Counted from the stretch's first letter, positions 17,163 to 26,932 are shown. The stretch: 38,492 nt of DNA from Candidatus Anderseniibacteriota bacterium (GCA_046350855.1 JAXLZM010000003.1:78311-116802); one strand, 5' to 3'. Made by a program: numbers and translations. The notes: generated by a model not told the origin, from the sequence alone.

Positions 17163-17239
17163 GGGCACGTAGCTCAGCTGGTTAGAGCGCACGATTCACA
17201 TTCGTGAGGTCAGAGGTTCGATCCCCCTCGTGCCCACCA
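17163..17239 (+). tRNA. tRNA-Val (anticodon CAC)
   Basis: Acceptor GGGCACG/CGTGCCC, anticodon stem CACGA/TCGTG with loop TT-CAC-AT, one A-C mismatch in the T stem, encoded CCA. Confidence 0.85.
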
Positions 17240-17294
17240 TGGCAAATCAATAGACTCCCCCATTGGCAGAACAAATCGGCTACAATAGCCGACC

Positions 17295-18536
17295 ATGTTG
17301 CGCAGCCGCTCAAACACAATGGGCACGATCGTCCGCTCCGTCGCTATCGTCGCCTGGGTTGCGTCGGTTGCAATCGGTACCCGCTATATTTTTGGGGATC
17401 TTAAGGTCTTTGGCGACCGGCAATATTTAGAGTACATTACCCCCTACCTAACGCTGGCGACGCTTATCCAAGCCGGCAGTATCTTTATTTTTGCAGAACA
17501 GGCCGTAAAACTGATCCGGGCACGACTGGTGGCCGTGGTGTTGCTGGTGGCCGTTTGCGGGATCGCGAGTAGTCCCGACATTTTTTTGAGTACCTGGTGG
17601 TTTGTAGTGTTGCTGCTCTGGGCCTGGTCACTAGCAACTCTGAGTCTGGTTTTTAAAGCTGATAAAACGGCGCGGAGTGTTTTTTTAGCCGCACTGATTG
17701 CGGTCGGCAGCCTAGAAGCTGTTTTGGCACTACTACAATTTACTTTGCAACATAGCCTCGGTCTCTCTTGGCTGGGAGAACCGGTAGCTACCGCCGCGAC
17801 ACCCGGGGTAGCAAAAGTCATTTCTAACGGAGAAAAACTCTTGCGTCCCTTTGGAACGTTTCCGCATAGCAATGTACTGGGTGGATACCTAGCTGCTGTT
17901 TTTTTGGCCTTATTAAGCCAAAAAAACAGGTTATTCAGAGCTTATCCCCTATTTTTCCAGATACTCACAGGCTTACTTGGCATCGCGCTCTTTGTTACCT
18001 ACTCACGCTCGACCTGGATTGTAGCTATCCTCATTACTTTTTACTTTTTACTTACAGAAGGTGTAAAACTCTTGGCTCCCCTGGCCGTTAGTATCATTGC
18101 TACTGCCGCCCTCTTTGCACCGAGTCTACTAAATCGATTCGTTTTTTCTGAACAAGCCGAACAACTTACCATTCGCACACAGGGCCTGAGTTATGCCTGG
18201 GAAGTATATAAGGCTCATCCCCTCGGTATTGGACTGCGACAGTTTATACCCGTCTATCTATCTGGACCCGTGCGTTCACTCGTTTACAGTTACCAACCCC
18301 CGCATAACGCGCTCTTACTGGGGCTAACTGAATTTGGAATCGTAGGAGTCATACCCCTAGCATTGGCCTTTTTTAGGGTATGTCTAAAAAATGCTTCGCG
18401 AATAGGGTGGCTGATTGCCCTTGTGGTTGTGATTTTGGCCTTTTCTGATCATTACCTAATGACACTACCCCAGGGACTCGGGATCTTGGGGACGTATCTC
18501 TTACTGCCTCGTCTTCTACGTGGACGGGCTACTTGA
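17295..18536 (+). CDS. O-antigen ligase/polymerase-like (Wzy_C-type) polytopic membrane protein
   Basis: About 10-12 TM segments, with the characteristic YSRSTW segment followed by a periplasmic loop and PHNALLLGLTEFG. Confidence 0.7.
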   Translation: MLRSRSNTMGTIVRSVAIVAWVASVAIGTRYIFGDLKVFGDRQYLEYITPYLTLATLIQAGSIFIFAEQAVKLIRARLVAVVLLVAVCGIASSPDIFLSTWWFVVLLLWAWSLATLSLVFKADKTARSVFLAALIAVGSLEAVLALLQFTLQHSLGLSWLGEPVATAATPGVAKVISNGEKLLRPFGTFPHSNVLGGYLAAVFLALLSQKNRLFRAYPLFFQILTGLLGIALFVTYSRSTWIVAILITFYFLLTEGVKLLAPLAVSIIATAALFAPSLLNRFVFSEQAEQLTIRTQGLSYAWEVYKAHPLGIGLRQFIPVYLSGPVRSLVYSYQPPHNALLLGLTEFGIVGVIPLALAFFRVCLKNASRIGWLIALVVVILAFSDHYLMTLPQGLGILGTYLLLPRLLRGRAT

Positions 18537-18840
18537 CCAGGCCACTGAGCTTAGCAAAGCGCTCCGCCAGAGAGTTCCACTCGGCCGAGTCTCCAAATCG
18601 GGCATTAAGTACAACAAATCCAACGACGATAAGGGTTAGGACACTGACTGCCCAGAGCACGTCGCGTCGGATAAAAGAAAGCATGCGAGCCTCATCGGAC
18701 GATATTTTTACCACCGAGTACTCCGTCTCATTTATTCCACCAGTTATTAACTTGTCGTCCACAGGAGAACCAGCAATCCCCAGGTCATTGTGACCCTGTG
18801 GATTAGCTTTCTTGTGTCTTTTTTTAGCTCTATTTCTCAT
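18529..18840 (-). CDS. small membrane-anchored hypothetical protein
   Basis: 103-aa ORF with a basic N-terminus and one TM (VLWAVSVLTLIVVGFVVL). Convergent with the previous gene, overlapping it by 8 nt. AT-rich promoter region upstream. Confidence 0.5.
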   Translation of the reverse strand: MRNRAKKRHKKANPQGHNDLGIAGSPVDDKLITGGINETEYSVVKISSDEARMLSFIRRDVLWAVSVLTLIVVGFVVLNARFGDSAEWNSLAERFAKLSGLVK

Positions 18841-18945
18841 ACTATATAATACTTTAACACTTTTGTCAACTAGGCGTGTTTACTCCGTTTCCCAAACCAA
18901 ACGAATCTCACTACAATAACTAGATTCTACCTTTTACTTACCGCA

Positions 18946-19374
18946 ATGAGAAACCGACAAGAAGATACTAATGACATCCCGCTAGAAACAACACGAGCAG
19001 CCGAGACCATCGTGGGGACATCTCTCAAGATAGAGGGTGATCTCAAAAGCGACGGTGATATTAGGATCGATGGCGAAGTCGTTGGTAGCGTGACTACCAA
19101 AGGCGATGTCCATATCGGACCACAGGCTGCGGTAACAGCGACGGTCATGGCGGCTAACGCATTTGTCGCGGGACGAGTGGCGGGGGACATCGTGGCACAA
19201 AAACGCATTGCCCTAGAGTCGACGGCCCGTGTTAAAGGCAATCTTACCTCGCAGGAGCTCTCTATTGCGCAAGGTGCGCAGTTTAATGGTGCTAGCACCA
19301 TGGCAGGCCAAGAGGCGAGTAGGGAAGCGACCATAAAAAAGGTGAGTCGCCCTGCAGCACTGGTCTCGGTCTAG
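18946..19374 (+). CDS. bactofilin-family cytoskeletal protein
   Basis: Repetitive beta-helix pattern: IEGDLKSDGDIRIDGEVVGSVTTKGDVHIGPQAAVTATVMAANAFVAGRVAGDIVA...LESTARVKGNLTSQELSIAQGAQFNG. Confidence 0.85.
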   Translation: MRNRQEDTNDIPLETTRAAETIVGTSLKIEGDLKSDGDIRIDGEVVGSVTTKGDVHIGPQAAVTATVMAANAFVAGRVAGDIVAQKRIALESTARVKGNLTSQELSIAQGAQFNGASTMAGQEASREATIKKVSRPAALVSV

Positions 19375-20142
19375 GTGTACTACTACGTTTACGACTCGCA
19401 AGCACTCGCGCGCGAGGCACAACGTATTACGACCAAGGTAGAAACACAGATTAATAATCTGGGGTTAAGCGGCGAGCGGGGACAGGTCTCAGCACTCCGA
19501 AGCATCGAAGATTTAGTACGCGATGCGGCCCGCAAAAAGTACAGCCCGATTATTACGGTGGGGGAGGATGCCAGTTTTAACGCCGCCCTCAATGCCATCG
19601 CTCGCACCAAAAGTAGCGTGCCACTCGGGTACATTCCGCTCGGTGAGCAGCAACCGATGGCGCAGCTCCTCGGTGTGGATCCTGAGAGCGCCGTGGTCTC
19701 GCTCTCACGTCGCATTATTCGTTGGGTACCCTTGGCGCAGGCCGGTAAGGCCTACTTTTTGTCTTTTGTACGCTTTGTTCTGCCAGAGGCGCCCGCTAAA
19801 AAAACGTTTTTAGAGCGGATCTTTAGTAAGCGCGAGGATTCTTTTTTGGCAGAACTTACCCTGGATGACTCGCTCAAAGCGCGTGTGCAAGCGCAGGGTC
19901 TGACGGTGCACTTTAATCCCGAGCGCAAAAAATTACGGGTAGAAATTCAGGGGGGAATTACACGCGGGCGCAAAGCGCAACCGGATCTAAGTGTGGTGTG
20001 GGCAAAAAAAATTAGACTCGCCGGCACCCCGCAGTTGGCCTGTTTGATCGATGGTCGACCGGTCACGCGCACCCCCATTACGATCGCGGTGAGTGACGTG
20101 CAGGTGCCCATTATCGTGGGCCGCACCCGCGCCTTTGTGTAG
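19375..20142 (+). CDS. diacylglycerol/lipid-kinase-like (DAGK_cat fold) protein with degenerate catalytic motifs
   Basis: The layout ...PIITVGEDASFNAALNAI...PLGYIPLGEQQP...L matches the YegS/DgkB scaffold. However, GGDGT is replaced by GEDAS and GTGND by GEQQP. The GTG start directly abuts the bactofilin TAG stop. Confidence 0.5.
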   Translation: MYYYVYDSQALAREAQRITTKVETQINNLGLSGERGQVSALRSIEDLVRDAARKKYSPIITVGEDASFNAALNAIARTKSSVPLGYIPLGEQQPMAQLLGVDPESAVVSLSRRIIRWVPLAQAGKAYFLSFVRFVLPEAPAKKTFLERIFSKREDSFLAELTLDDSLKARVQAQGLTVHFNPERKKLRVEIQGGITRGRKAQPDLSVVWAKKIRLAGTPQLACLIDGRPVTRTPITIAVSDVQVPIIVGRTRAFV

Positions 20143-20151
20143 CTCCGACGG

Positions 20152-20180
20152 TAGACAATTGGCTCAACCTACAGTAGAGT
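20152..20180 (+). promoter_or_regulatory. promoter-like TAGACA-N17-TAGAGT
   Basis: The -10-like box ends 6 nt before ATG 20187, which suggests a leaderless transcript. Confidence 0.35.
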
Positions 20181-20186
20181 CGCGGT

Positions 20187-20549
20187 ATGTGGCATCTCTT
20201 TTGGGACACGGTTGGGTTTATCGCAGACACGGTTAAACGGCCGGTAAAAATTGTGCTGTTTGCACTGCTCCTCTTGATCGTGTTTTTCTTTTTTGGACTC
20301 AACGCTAGCTTTTATTTTGCGGGCCTGCTCTTTTGGATCGCAGTTTTATTCTTTGTGATCGCCAACATCGTGGTGCGGATTAGACGAGCCCGCACACAGG
20401 CTAAGACTGCCGCAGTCGCCCCGCTTACCTCTGACGATCAAGCTGATATCGCGGAGTTTCAGGAGGCCATGCAGCGGCAACCGTCGGTTCAGCCGACAAC
20501 CCCCTCGGTCCGTAAGGCCGCTCCACCGCCCAACTTGCCCAGTGCCTAA
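20187..20549 (+). CDS. small two-TM membrane protein, hypothetical
   Basis: 120 aa. Two long Phe/Leu-rich helices followed by a Pro/Ala-rich tail. Confidence 0.55.
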   Translation: MWHLFWDTVGFIADTVKRPVKIVLFALLLLIVFFFFGLNASFYFAGLLFWIAVLFFVIANIVVRIRRARTQAKTAAVAPLTSDDQADIAEFQEAMQRQPSVQPTTPSVRKAAPPPNLPSA

Positions 20550-20593
20550 GTCGCTGGACGAGAGCGCTGACCGCCTGAGCGGGCCTAGGCTAA

Positions 20594-20622
20594 TTGACAA
20601 CGCGCTCCAAAAAGCGCAGAGT
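20594..20622 (+). promoter_or_regulatory. promoter-like TTGACA-N17-CAGAGT upstream of infB
   Basis: Perfect -35 hexamer, 17-nt spacer and a weak -10, located 14 nt upstream of ATG 20637. Confidence 0.35.
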
Positions 20623-20636
20623 TTCTGGTTGATCAC

Positions 20637-22589
20637 ATGAACATCGCGGACCTCTCCAAGCGCACCAACCTTAGTAAAGACGAAATCCGACGGATTATCG
20701 TCAAGTTGCGTTTGCCTGTCCCAGAGCGCGCCAAAAAAATCGAGAACAAATGGGCCGAGCGTATCGAGCAGTTTCTTAGCGAACGAAGCCAGCGCCGCAG
20801 TGCTACGAGTGCCCCCAAGCAAGTGACTAAGACCATCACGATCCCTGCGCGCGTGACCGTCAAACGCTTTGCCGAACTACTCGACAAACCCGTCACGGCC
20901 GTCATTACCGAGCTTTTGCGCAACGGCATCGTGGCCAACCTCAACGAGTCGATCGATTTTGAGACCGCCGCGATCATCTCGGAAGACCTCGGCGTAAAAG
21001 TTGAGCGGGGTTCGAGCACGGCAGCGGATACCCAGACCAAACTTACACCTCAACAACTGGCTGAACTCCTCAAAGAAAAAAATCCTAAAGAGCTTAAAGC
21101 CCGGCCCCCCATTGTGGTGGTGATCGGTCACGTCGACCACGGTAAAACTACGCTACTCGATGCGATCCGGGAGAGCAACGTCGCGGCTGGTGAGGCCGGA
21201 GGCATTACCCAGCACATCAGCTCTTACCAAGTAGTCAAAAAGGGTAAAAAAATCACCTTTTTAGATACACCAGGACACGAGGCTTTTAGTGCCATGCGTC
21301 AACGCGGTACCGCCATCACGGATGTAGCGATCTTAGTGGTAGCCGCTAACGATGGCGTCAAACCGCAGACGGTCGAGGCGGTCAACTTTGCCAAAGCTGC
21401 CAAGATCCCCATCATTGTGGCCATCAACAAGATCGATCTACCTGATGCCAATCCAGATAAAGTCAAAAAAGAGCTTTCGGAAATCGGGATCCTGACCGAA
21501 GAGTGGGGTGGTGACACGGTCGCCGTCGAGGTCTCCGCTAAAAAACGGCAGAACATCGACAAACTCCTCGACATGGTCTTACTCGTGAGCGAAGTGCAAG
21601 AGCTCAAAGCTAACCCGCATCGCCCGGCCATCGGGACGGTAGTGGAGTCGCACGTCGATAAACAGGCTGGTCCCGTCGCAACCGTTTTAATTTTGACCGG
21701 TACCCTCAACACGGGTGACCACATTACGGTGGGTTCGACCCACGGGGCGGTTCGGCAACTACAAAATTATCGGGGCGAAAAACTCCAACGGGCCCTACCA
21801 GCCGATCCAGTCTTAGTCTTTGGTCTCAACCAAGCCCCCGAGGCGGGTGAGGTCTTGATGGTCGAGTCCAGCAAACGTGTGGCCAAAGAAAAAGTAAAAG
21901 AACTTCAGCAGCTAGAAAAAGTTCGACGCCTCTCGCGTCAAGCCGAAGAGCGCGCTATCGAAAAAGACGAGAATGTGCACAAGCTCCCCGTCATTATTAA
22001 GGCGGATGTACAGGGATCGCTCGAGGCTATCACCGAGACTCTCAAAACTCTTGGCACTAAGGAGGTTGTGGTGGCCTTGGTTCGGACTGGAGTCGGTGAT
22101 GTAACGGAGTCGGATGTTATGACAGCTCAATCGACCAAGGCGCTCATCTTGGCCTTTAACGTCAAGGTGGCTCCCGTCGCCAAACGCATTGCCGAAAAAG
22201 AAAAAGTTGAAGTCAAAACGTATCGCGTCATTTACGATTTGATCGAGGAGACCAAACGACGCATGGCACTCTTACTTCCCAAAGAGACGATCCGCACGGA
22301 CCTGGGTAAGCTGCGCCTACTGGCAATCTTCCGCACGGGTAAAGGCAGCATGATCGCGGGTGGCAAAGTAATTAGTGGCGAAGCGGTGCGTGGCGCCTCG
22401 ATCGAGGTCTTTCGCAACGACGAGCTAATTGGAAAAGGCAAACTCTCCGACCTCCAAAGCAACAAAAAACGCGCCGAGACGGTTGCCACCGGTCAAGAGT
22501 GCGGCTTGTCCTACACCGGCCAGGTCAAACTGCGGGTCAACGACGTACTGGCCTTTTACAAAGAAGAACAGCGGACCCGGACCTTGTAA
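20637..22589 (+). CDS. infB: translation initiation factor IF-2
   Basis: G domain [24 protein letters not shown], followed by the C-terminal IF-2 domains. 650 aa. Confidence 0.95.
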   Translation: MNIADLSKRTNLSKDEIRRIIVKLRLPVPERAKKIENKWAERIEQFLSERSQRRSATSAPKQVTKTITIPARVTVKRFAELLDKPVTAVITELLRNGIVANLNESIDFETAAIISEDLGVKVERGSSTAADTQTKLTPQQLAELLKEKNPKELKARPPIVVVIGHVDHGKTTLLDAIRESNVAAGEAGGITQHISSYQVVKKGKKITFLDTPGHEAFSAMRQRGTAITDVAILVVAANDGVKPQTVEAVNFAKAAKIPIIVAINKIDLPDANPDKVKKELSEIGILTEEWGGDTVAVEVSAKKRQNIDKLLDMVLLVSEVQELKANPHRPAIGTVVESHVDKQAGPVATVLILTGTLNTGDHITVGSTHGAVRQLQNYRGEKLQRALPADPVLVFGLNQAPEAGEVLMVESSKRVAKEKVKELQQLEKVRRLSRQAEERAIEKDENVHKLPVIIKADVQGSLEAITETLKTLGTKEVVVALVRTGVGDVTESDVMTAQSTKALILAFNVKVAPVAKRIAEKEKVEVKTYRVIYDLIEETKRRMALLLPKETIRTDLGKLRLLAIFRTGKGSMIAGGKVISGEAVRGASIEVFRNDELIGKGKLSDLQSNKKRAETVATGQECGLSYTGQVKLRVNDVLAFYKEEQRTRTL

Positions 22590-22622
22590 CGTCGCCCAAG
22601 ACAGGCTAGGCTGCAACGTTTT

Positions 22623-22979
22623 ATGAGCACACGGGTCAACAAAATTAATACGCTTTTGGCCAAACGCTTTGCTGAGCTCTTGCGTAGCGAAGTCGAGTTT
22701 ACGCGCGACGTCCTGGTGACGGTCACCCGGGCCGAGACCTCCATAGACTTGCGCTACGCCACGATTTACCTGAGTGTTCTGCCTGCCTTTAAAGCCCCGA
22801 GCACGTTGGCAAAAGCGCAGCGTCACTTGCCGCACCTGCAGCATCTCCTTAATCGAGAGTTGGTTTTGCGCCATCGACCTAAGCTACGGGTGGCGCTCGA
22901 CAAGGGTGAACAGCACGCCAGCCAAATCGAACAAATCTTAGCCAAAGAAAAACGTTTTGGTCCGCGCCGACATGACTAA
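22623..22979 (+). CDS. rbfA: ribosome-binding factor A
   Basis: 118 aa. RVNKINTLLAKRFAELL...VTVTRAETSIDLRYATIYLSV is typical of RbfA, and it lies directly after infB. Confidence 0.88.
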   Translation: MSTRVNKINTLLAKRFAELLRSEVEFTRDVLVTVTRAETSIDLRYATIYLSVLPAFKAPSTLAKAQRHLPHLQHLLNRELVLRHRPKLRVALDKGEQHASQIEQILAKEKRFGPRRHD

Positions 22980-24042
22980 CGAGACCCGCCCCGCACCCGT
23001 GACTATCCCACGTAAAGCCGAGAGTGCTCTGCCACCCGCCCAGCCGATCTCGGTCGAACGGCTGTACCGCTTGGTGCGTGAGAGCAAACGCGTTCTGCTC
23101 TTAGCGGGACAACCCATCGATGGCGACAGCCTAGCCTCGGCCTTGGCTCTACGACGCATTATCCAACACCTCGGCATCGAGGCCGACGTGGCCTGCGGTG
23201 CCCGCGTCCCGCGCGGGCTGGAATTTTTAGATGGTAGCCAAACGGTTCTCCTGCAGCCAGATTTTTTGCGCTACGACCTGATCATTATTTTAGATTGTGG
23301 CGAACTCAAGCAGACCGGTTTTTTGGAGCAACTGGTGCGCGTCATCCAAAGCCGCGACCTGGCCCGCGTCGTCAACGTCGACCACCACCTCCAGCAACCC
23401 GCCTATGGCCATTACTGTTTAATCGACCATAGCGTCTCGGCCACCGGCGTCCTGGTCTATCGCATGCTGACCACCTGGCAAAATCTCGGCCTACCCGCCC
23501 ACCCCAGCGGTAGTCTGGAGTTACTGGATCTGCCTACCGCGGAGGCCCTCCTCACGACGCTCTACAATGACACCGGTAGTTTTCAACATAGCAACACCAC
23601 GGCCGAGGCGCTGCGCATGGCGGCGGCCTGTGTACGAGCCGGCGCGGATGCCAGTCACGTCGCCCACAAACTCTACCGCGACAAACCGCGCAAGGTGCTT
23701 AACTTGTGGGGCCGTGCCCTCGAGCGTCTCGAGCTCCATCCCGAGAGCAACATGTCGGTCTCGTTTATTACGCACGAGGATTTACAAGAGTTGGGAGTTG
23801 AACCAGAAGAAGCCAAAGGCATCGTGAGCGTGCTGAGCTACGTACCAGAATCAAAGTTTGCCCTACTCCTCTCAGAGGACGGACCCAACATCGTTAAGGG
23901 CAGCCTGCGTTCGGATGAGGGCAAAGGCATGGATGTCTCTCGCATCGCGCGGGTCTTGGGCGGCGGGGGACACCGTTTAGCCAGCGGGTTCAAACTGACG
24001 GGACGACTGGAGCGCCAGGGCAAAACCTATCGTGTAGTATAA
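22972..24042 (+). CDS. stand-alone DHH/DHHA1 phosphoesterase (NrnA/CnpB/DhhP-like)
   Basis: DGDSLASALAL, NVDHH and GGGHRLASGF motifs. ATG 22972 overlaps the rbfA stop. The ORF track start is TTG 22957. Confidence 0.85.
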   Translation: MTNETRPAPVTIPRKAESALPPAQPISVERLYRLVRESKRVLLLAGQPIDGDSLASALALRRIIQHLGIEADVACGARVPRGLEFLDGSQTVLLQPDFLRYDLIIILDCGELKQTGFLEQLVRVIQSRDLARVVNVDHHLQQPAYGHYCLIDHSVSATGVLVYRMLTTWQNLGLPAHPSGSLELLDLPTAEALLTTLYNDTGSFQHSNTTAEALRMAAACVRAGADASHVAHKLYRDKPRKVLNLWGRALERLELHPESNMSVSFITHEDLQELGVEPEEAKGIVSVLSYVPESKFALLLSEDGPNIVKGSLRSDEGKGMDVSRIARVLGGGGHRLASGFKLTGRLERQGKTYRVV

Positions 24043-24046
24043 GGAC

Positions 24047-24916
24047 ATGGAGCACGTGGCCGGTCTGGGCGTACAACTTGAGGCACTACGGGAGCGGGGA
24101 CAGCTGTACCTGGAGAGTCTCAACTTGCGCGACCACCCCTTTGCGGTGATCGACATTTTAGTGGTGGCGATTATTTTATACTGGGCCTACCGTTTTTTTA
24201 GAGGAACCCGCGCCGCCACCATCATGTGGGGCATCATTTTGGTAGGGATCGTCTTTGTCTTGGGTCGCCTCTTGCAGTTGGACGCGCTCAACTGGTTACT
24301 GCGCGTCTCGATCCCAGCTTTGTTGGTGGCGATTCCGGTAGTGTTTCAGCCAGAACTCCGCCGCGCCCTCGAGCGTCTCGGGCGCGGACAACCCTGGCGC
24401 GGGCGCGTTCTCAACACCCGTCGTCAAGGAACCGCCCTTGCCAACGAGATCTACCAAGCCATCGTGACCCTCGCCAAAACTAAAACCGGAGCTCTGTTGG
24501 TCGTGGCCCGCCGTACCGGTCTGGACGAACACATCGACTCCGGTCAACGCCTAGACGCCACGCTCTCGACCGCGCTCCTGCTCAACATTTTTTTCCCTAA
24601 CAGTCCGCTGCACGACGGCGCGGTCGTCTTACGCGCGGGCAAAATTGTGGCGGCCGGTGTGACCTTACCCCTCTCGGATGCGGTCGAGACGTATCAACTG
24701 GGCACGAGGCACAAAGCTGCCCTCGGCATTACCGAGACGAGTGACGCCCTCGCCATCGTAGTGAGCGAGGAGCGCGGCACCATCTCGATCGCCTTTAACG
24801 GCAAACTCAGCCAGGACAGTGGGCTTGAGCGCTTGTTAGAAGTGTTACAGGCCGCGCTCACCAGCGATACCTCGCGCGAGATCAAAAAAGCACTCGGACA
24901 AAAGGAGACGCCCTGA
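24047..24916 (+). CDS. cdaA: membrane-bound diadenylate cyclase CdaA
   Basis: Three N-terminal TM helices. DAC domain with GALLVV, PLHDGAVVL, GTRHKAALG and VSEERGTIS. Confidence 0.92.
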   Translation: MEHVAGLGVQLEALRERGQLYLESLNLRDHPFAVIDILVVAIILYWAYRFFRGTRAATIMWGIILVGIVFVLGRLLQLDALNWLLRVSIPALLVAIPVVFQPELRRALERLGRGQPWRGRVLNTRRQGTALANEIYQAIVTLAKTKTGALLVVARRTGLDEHIDSGQRLDATLSTALLLNIFFPNSPLHDGAVVLRAGKIVAAGVTLPLSDAVETYQLGTRHKAALGITETSDALAIVVSEERGTISIAFNGKLSQDSGLERLLEVLQAALTSDTSREIKKALGQKETP

Positions 24917-26136
24917 TGCCGCAACGTCTCTCACAACCAGCCCGCCTGGCTCACATCATTTTTGATAACTGGCTGGCTAAAATCATCGCGATTCTCCTGG
25001 CCTTTGGCTTGTGGGCTTTTGTGGTCAACACCGGGTATCGCAGCGCGGTTCTGCCAGAGAGTATCCCGGTGACCGTCCGGGATGTCCCACAAACCTTGGC
25101 AGTAGCTTCGGAGTTGCCCAACGTCCAGGTAGAGGTTTTTGCGCCGACGGCGTCTTTTCAAAGGCTCAAAGCGGCCGATTTGCAGGCATTTGTTAACGGC
25201 GCGGGGTTGACTGCCGGAACCCATACCGTCGAGATCAAAGTCTTTGCGGATGATCCAAACGTCCGGATTCTCTCCGTCACCCCGGCGGTCTTGGAGTTGA
25301 CCCTCGAGAAAAAAACTACTGACACGTTTGATCTCAAACTCGAGACGGACGGTAGTTTGGGTCAAGGCTACGTGGCCGACAAGGCCGAACTCTCCCCCGA
25401 CAAGGTCGAGGTCACGGGTGCCAGCAGCGTCATCGCCCAGATCGACCAGGTTGTGGTGCGTCTGCCCCTCAACGGCGAGACCAGCACGGTCGAGCGCACC
25501 CTCACCCCGGTCGCTTTTGATAAAGATCGTCAGGAGATCACCAACCTGAGCTTTGAACCGGCCACCGTCGACGTAAAAGTGCCGGTGATTCAGGCTGAGG
25601 ACGCCAAGTCGGTCGGCATCAAAGTCGAGACCACGGGAGAGCCGGCCGAAGGCTTTTTTGTCGGCACAATCACGACCGACCCGAGCACCGCCACCGCCCA
25701 AGGCAGTAGCAAAGCCTTGCGCGACATCACCACGCTCTCGACCGAGCCGATCGATCTCTCCGGCGCCACCGAAAAAATCGAGCGCACCGTTAAGTTAGAT
25801 ACGCCCGATAACGTGCGGGCCGAACCCGCCAGCATCAAAGTGACCATCGAGATCCGAGCGGGCAGCTTGACCCGGCGGGTCAGCGCCTCGGTCACGACCA
25901 GTAACGTCGAGAGTGGCCTCAGTGCGAGTGTCTCCCCCAACAAAATCGAATTAATCCTAACCGGCCCAGCCGACAAGGTGCGAGCCGCGGCCGCCAACGC
26001 CCTGACCGTCACGATCGACATGAGTGGCAAAGACCAAGGTGACTACGGCACGACCTTGCTACGCAGCATGCTCAACCTCGACTCGGCCATCGAGGTGGAG
26101 TTCAACCCACGACAAGTGACCGTGACTCTCGACTAA
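24916..26136 (+). CDS. cdaR: CdaR (YbbR-domain) regulator of CdaA
   Basis: N-terminal TM helix followed by four repeats of YbbR-like beta modules (...V.V.G.......V.V.P..V.V.G...). Its start overlaps the cdaA stop (TGATG). Confidence 0.8.
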   Translation: MPQRLSQPARLAHIIFDNWLAKIIAILLAFGLWAFVVNTGYRSAVLPESIPVTVRDVPQTLAVASELPNVQVEVFAPTASFQRLKAADLQAFVNGAGLTAGTHTVEIKVFADDPNVRILSVTPAVLELTLEKKTTDTFDLKLETDGSLGQGYVADKAELSPDKVEVTGASSVIAQIDQVVVRLPLNGETSTVERTLTPVAFDKDRQEITNLSFEPATVDVKVPVIQAEDAKSVGIKVETTGEPAEGFFVGTITTDPSTATAQGSSKALRDITTLSTEPIDLSGATEKIERTVKLDTPDNVRAEPASIKVTIEIRAGSLTRRVSASVTTSNVESGLSASVSPNKIELILTGPADKVRAAAANALTVTIDMSGKDQGDYGTTLLRSMLNLDSAIEVEFNPRQVTVTLD

Positions 26137-26146
26137 CTGGACGGCC

Positions 26147-26857
26147 GTGCCTGTACTTGACCGTATACGTTCCCTGCCCCTCAGTACGCGCCGCACTCTG
26201 ACCGGCGTGATCGCGATTGGACTAGCGGCAGTTGCCTTTGGAGTGTGGCTTAGTTTTGATTTGAGTAGCTCAGGGTCACCCAGTGGGCTGCACGCCATCG
26301 GACAGGGGGCGGACTCGGTAGCGCAGCTGGTGCAAAAACAGACCGACAAATATGCCGAGACCAAAAAGCAGTTACAGGACAACCTCGACCAGACACTCAA
26401 ATCCTCCGCCCTCGTTTTACCTGAGTCGCTCTCCAACGTACGGGAGGAGCCAGATGGTGTGCTGTTTTTACAGTATGAACACCGCCAAAACGGCACCAAA
26501 ACCGTGCTGGAGGACGTAACATTTTATCCTTCGTACACCTTGGTGCGCGCGACGATTACTAATGAGAGCGAAACCGAGCAACATATCGACACCGGACACG
26601 GGAGCGTGCTCGAGCAACAGGCCGAGGTCGCGCGCCTCGCGCTGCAACCGATTTTTCAGAGTGGGACACCGGTAACTCTCAAGGCTGGCGAGTCGGTTCA
26701 GGCTCAGATTTTATTTGGCCCAGTCAACGGTCGCTTGCCCTTTGAGGTTGTGATCGGTGACTACGCGCTCGCCGACACCGATCAAGGCACTGCCGACCAA
26801 ACCTGGGCGGCGCATTTCTCGGTTGATCCCAGCAAGATCGTCGAGCAAAAACCCTAG
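26147..26857 (+). CDS. TM-anchored hypothetical protein with a beta-sandwich-like C-terminal domain
   Basis: 236 aa. One TM (LTGVIAIGLAAVAFGVWL). The C-terminal half has an alternating beta pattern (TLVRATITNESE...VTLKAGESVQAQILFGP). Occupies the position where glmM follows cdaR in Firmicutes. Confidence 0.55.
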   Translation: MPVLDRIRSLPLSTRRTLTGVIAIGLAAVAFGVWLSFDLSSSGSPSGLHAIGQGADSVAQLVQKQTDKYAETKKQLQDNLDQTLKSSALVLPESLSNVREEPDGVLFLQYEHRQNGTKTVLEDVTFYPSYTLVRATITNESETEQHIDTGHGSVLEQQAEVARLALQPIFQSGTPVTLKAGESVQAQILFGPVNGRLPFEVVIGDYALADTDQGTADQTWAAHFSVDPSKIVEQKP

Positions 26858-26883
26858 ACAGTACTACCAAAAACTGATAGTCT
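26855..26883 (+). promoter_or_regulatory. promoter-like TAGACA-N17-TAGTCT upstream of gyrA
   Basis: Same hexamer types as at 20152. The leader that follows contains an ACGCGC/GCGCGT hairpin. Confidence 0.35.
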
Positions 26884-26932
26884 AAACACAGTGTAGACGC
26901 GCCCTAGAGCGCGTTTTACGCCACTTTAGACC

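Noticed and set aside
20346-21040. Minus-strand ORFs 20346..20822 and 20633..21040 spanning the small membrane gene, the intergenic region and the infB 5' end.
   Set aside because: They overlap two supported plus-strand genes and a promoter-like site, and their composition is typical of an antisense frame.
24931-25701. Long antisense ORFs inside well-supported genes: 24931..25701 in cdaR, 34285..35061 and 35851..36429 in smc, 13823..14509 in tgt, 4787..5413 in the PAS/GAF gene, 7900..8511 in the M23 gene, 27503..28126 in gyrA, 30522..31118 in nusB.
   Set aside because: Each lies fully inside a gene with clear family motifs on the other strand. Their translations are Arg/Ala/Gly/Ser/Pro-rich low-complexity sequence typical of antisense frames in GC-rich DNA, and no start context supports them.
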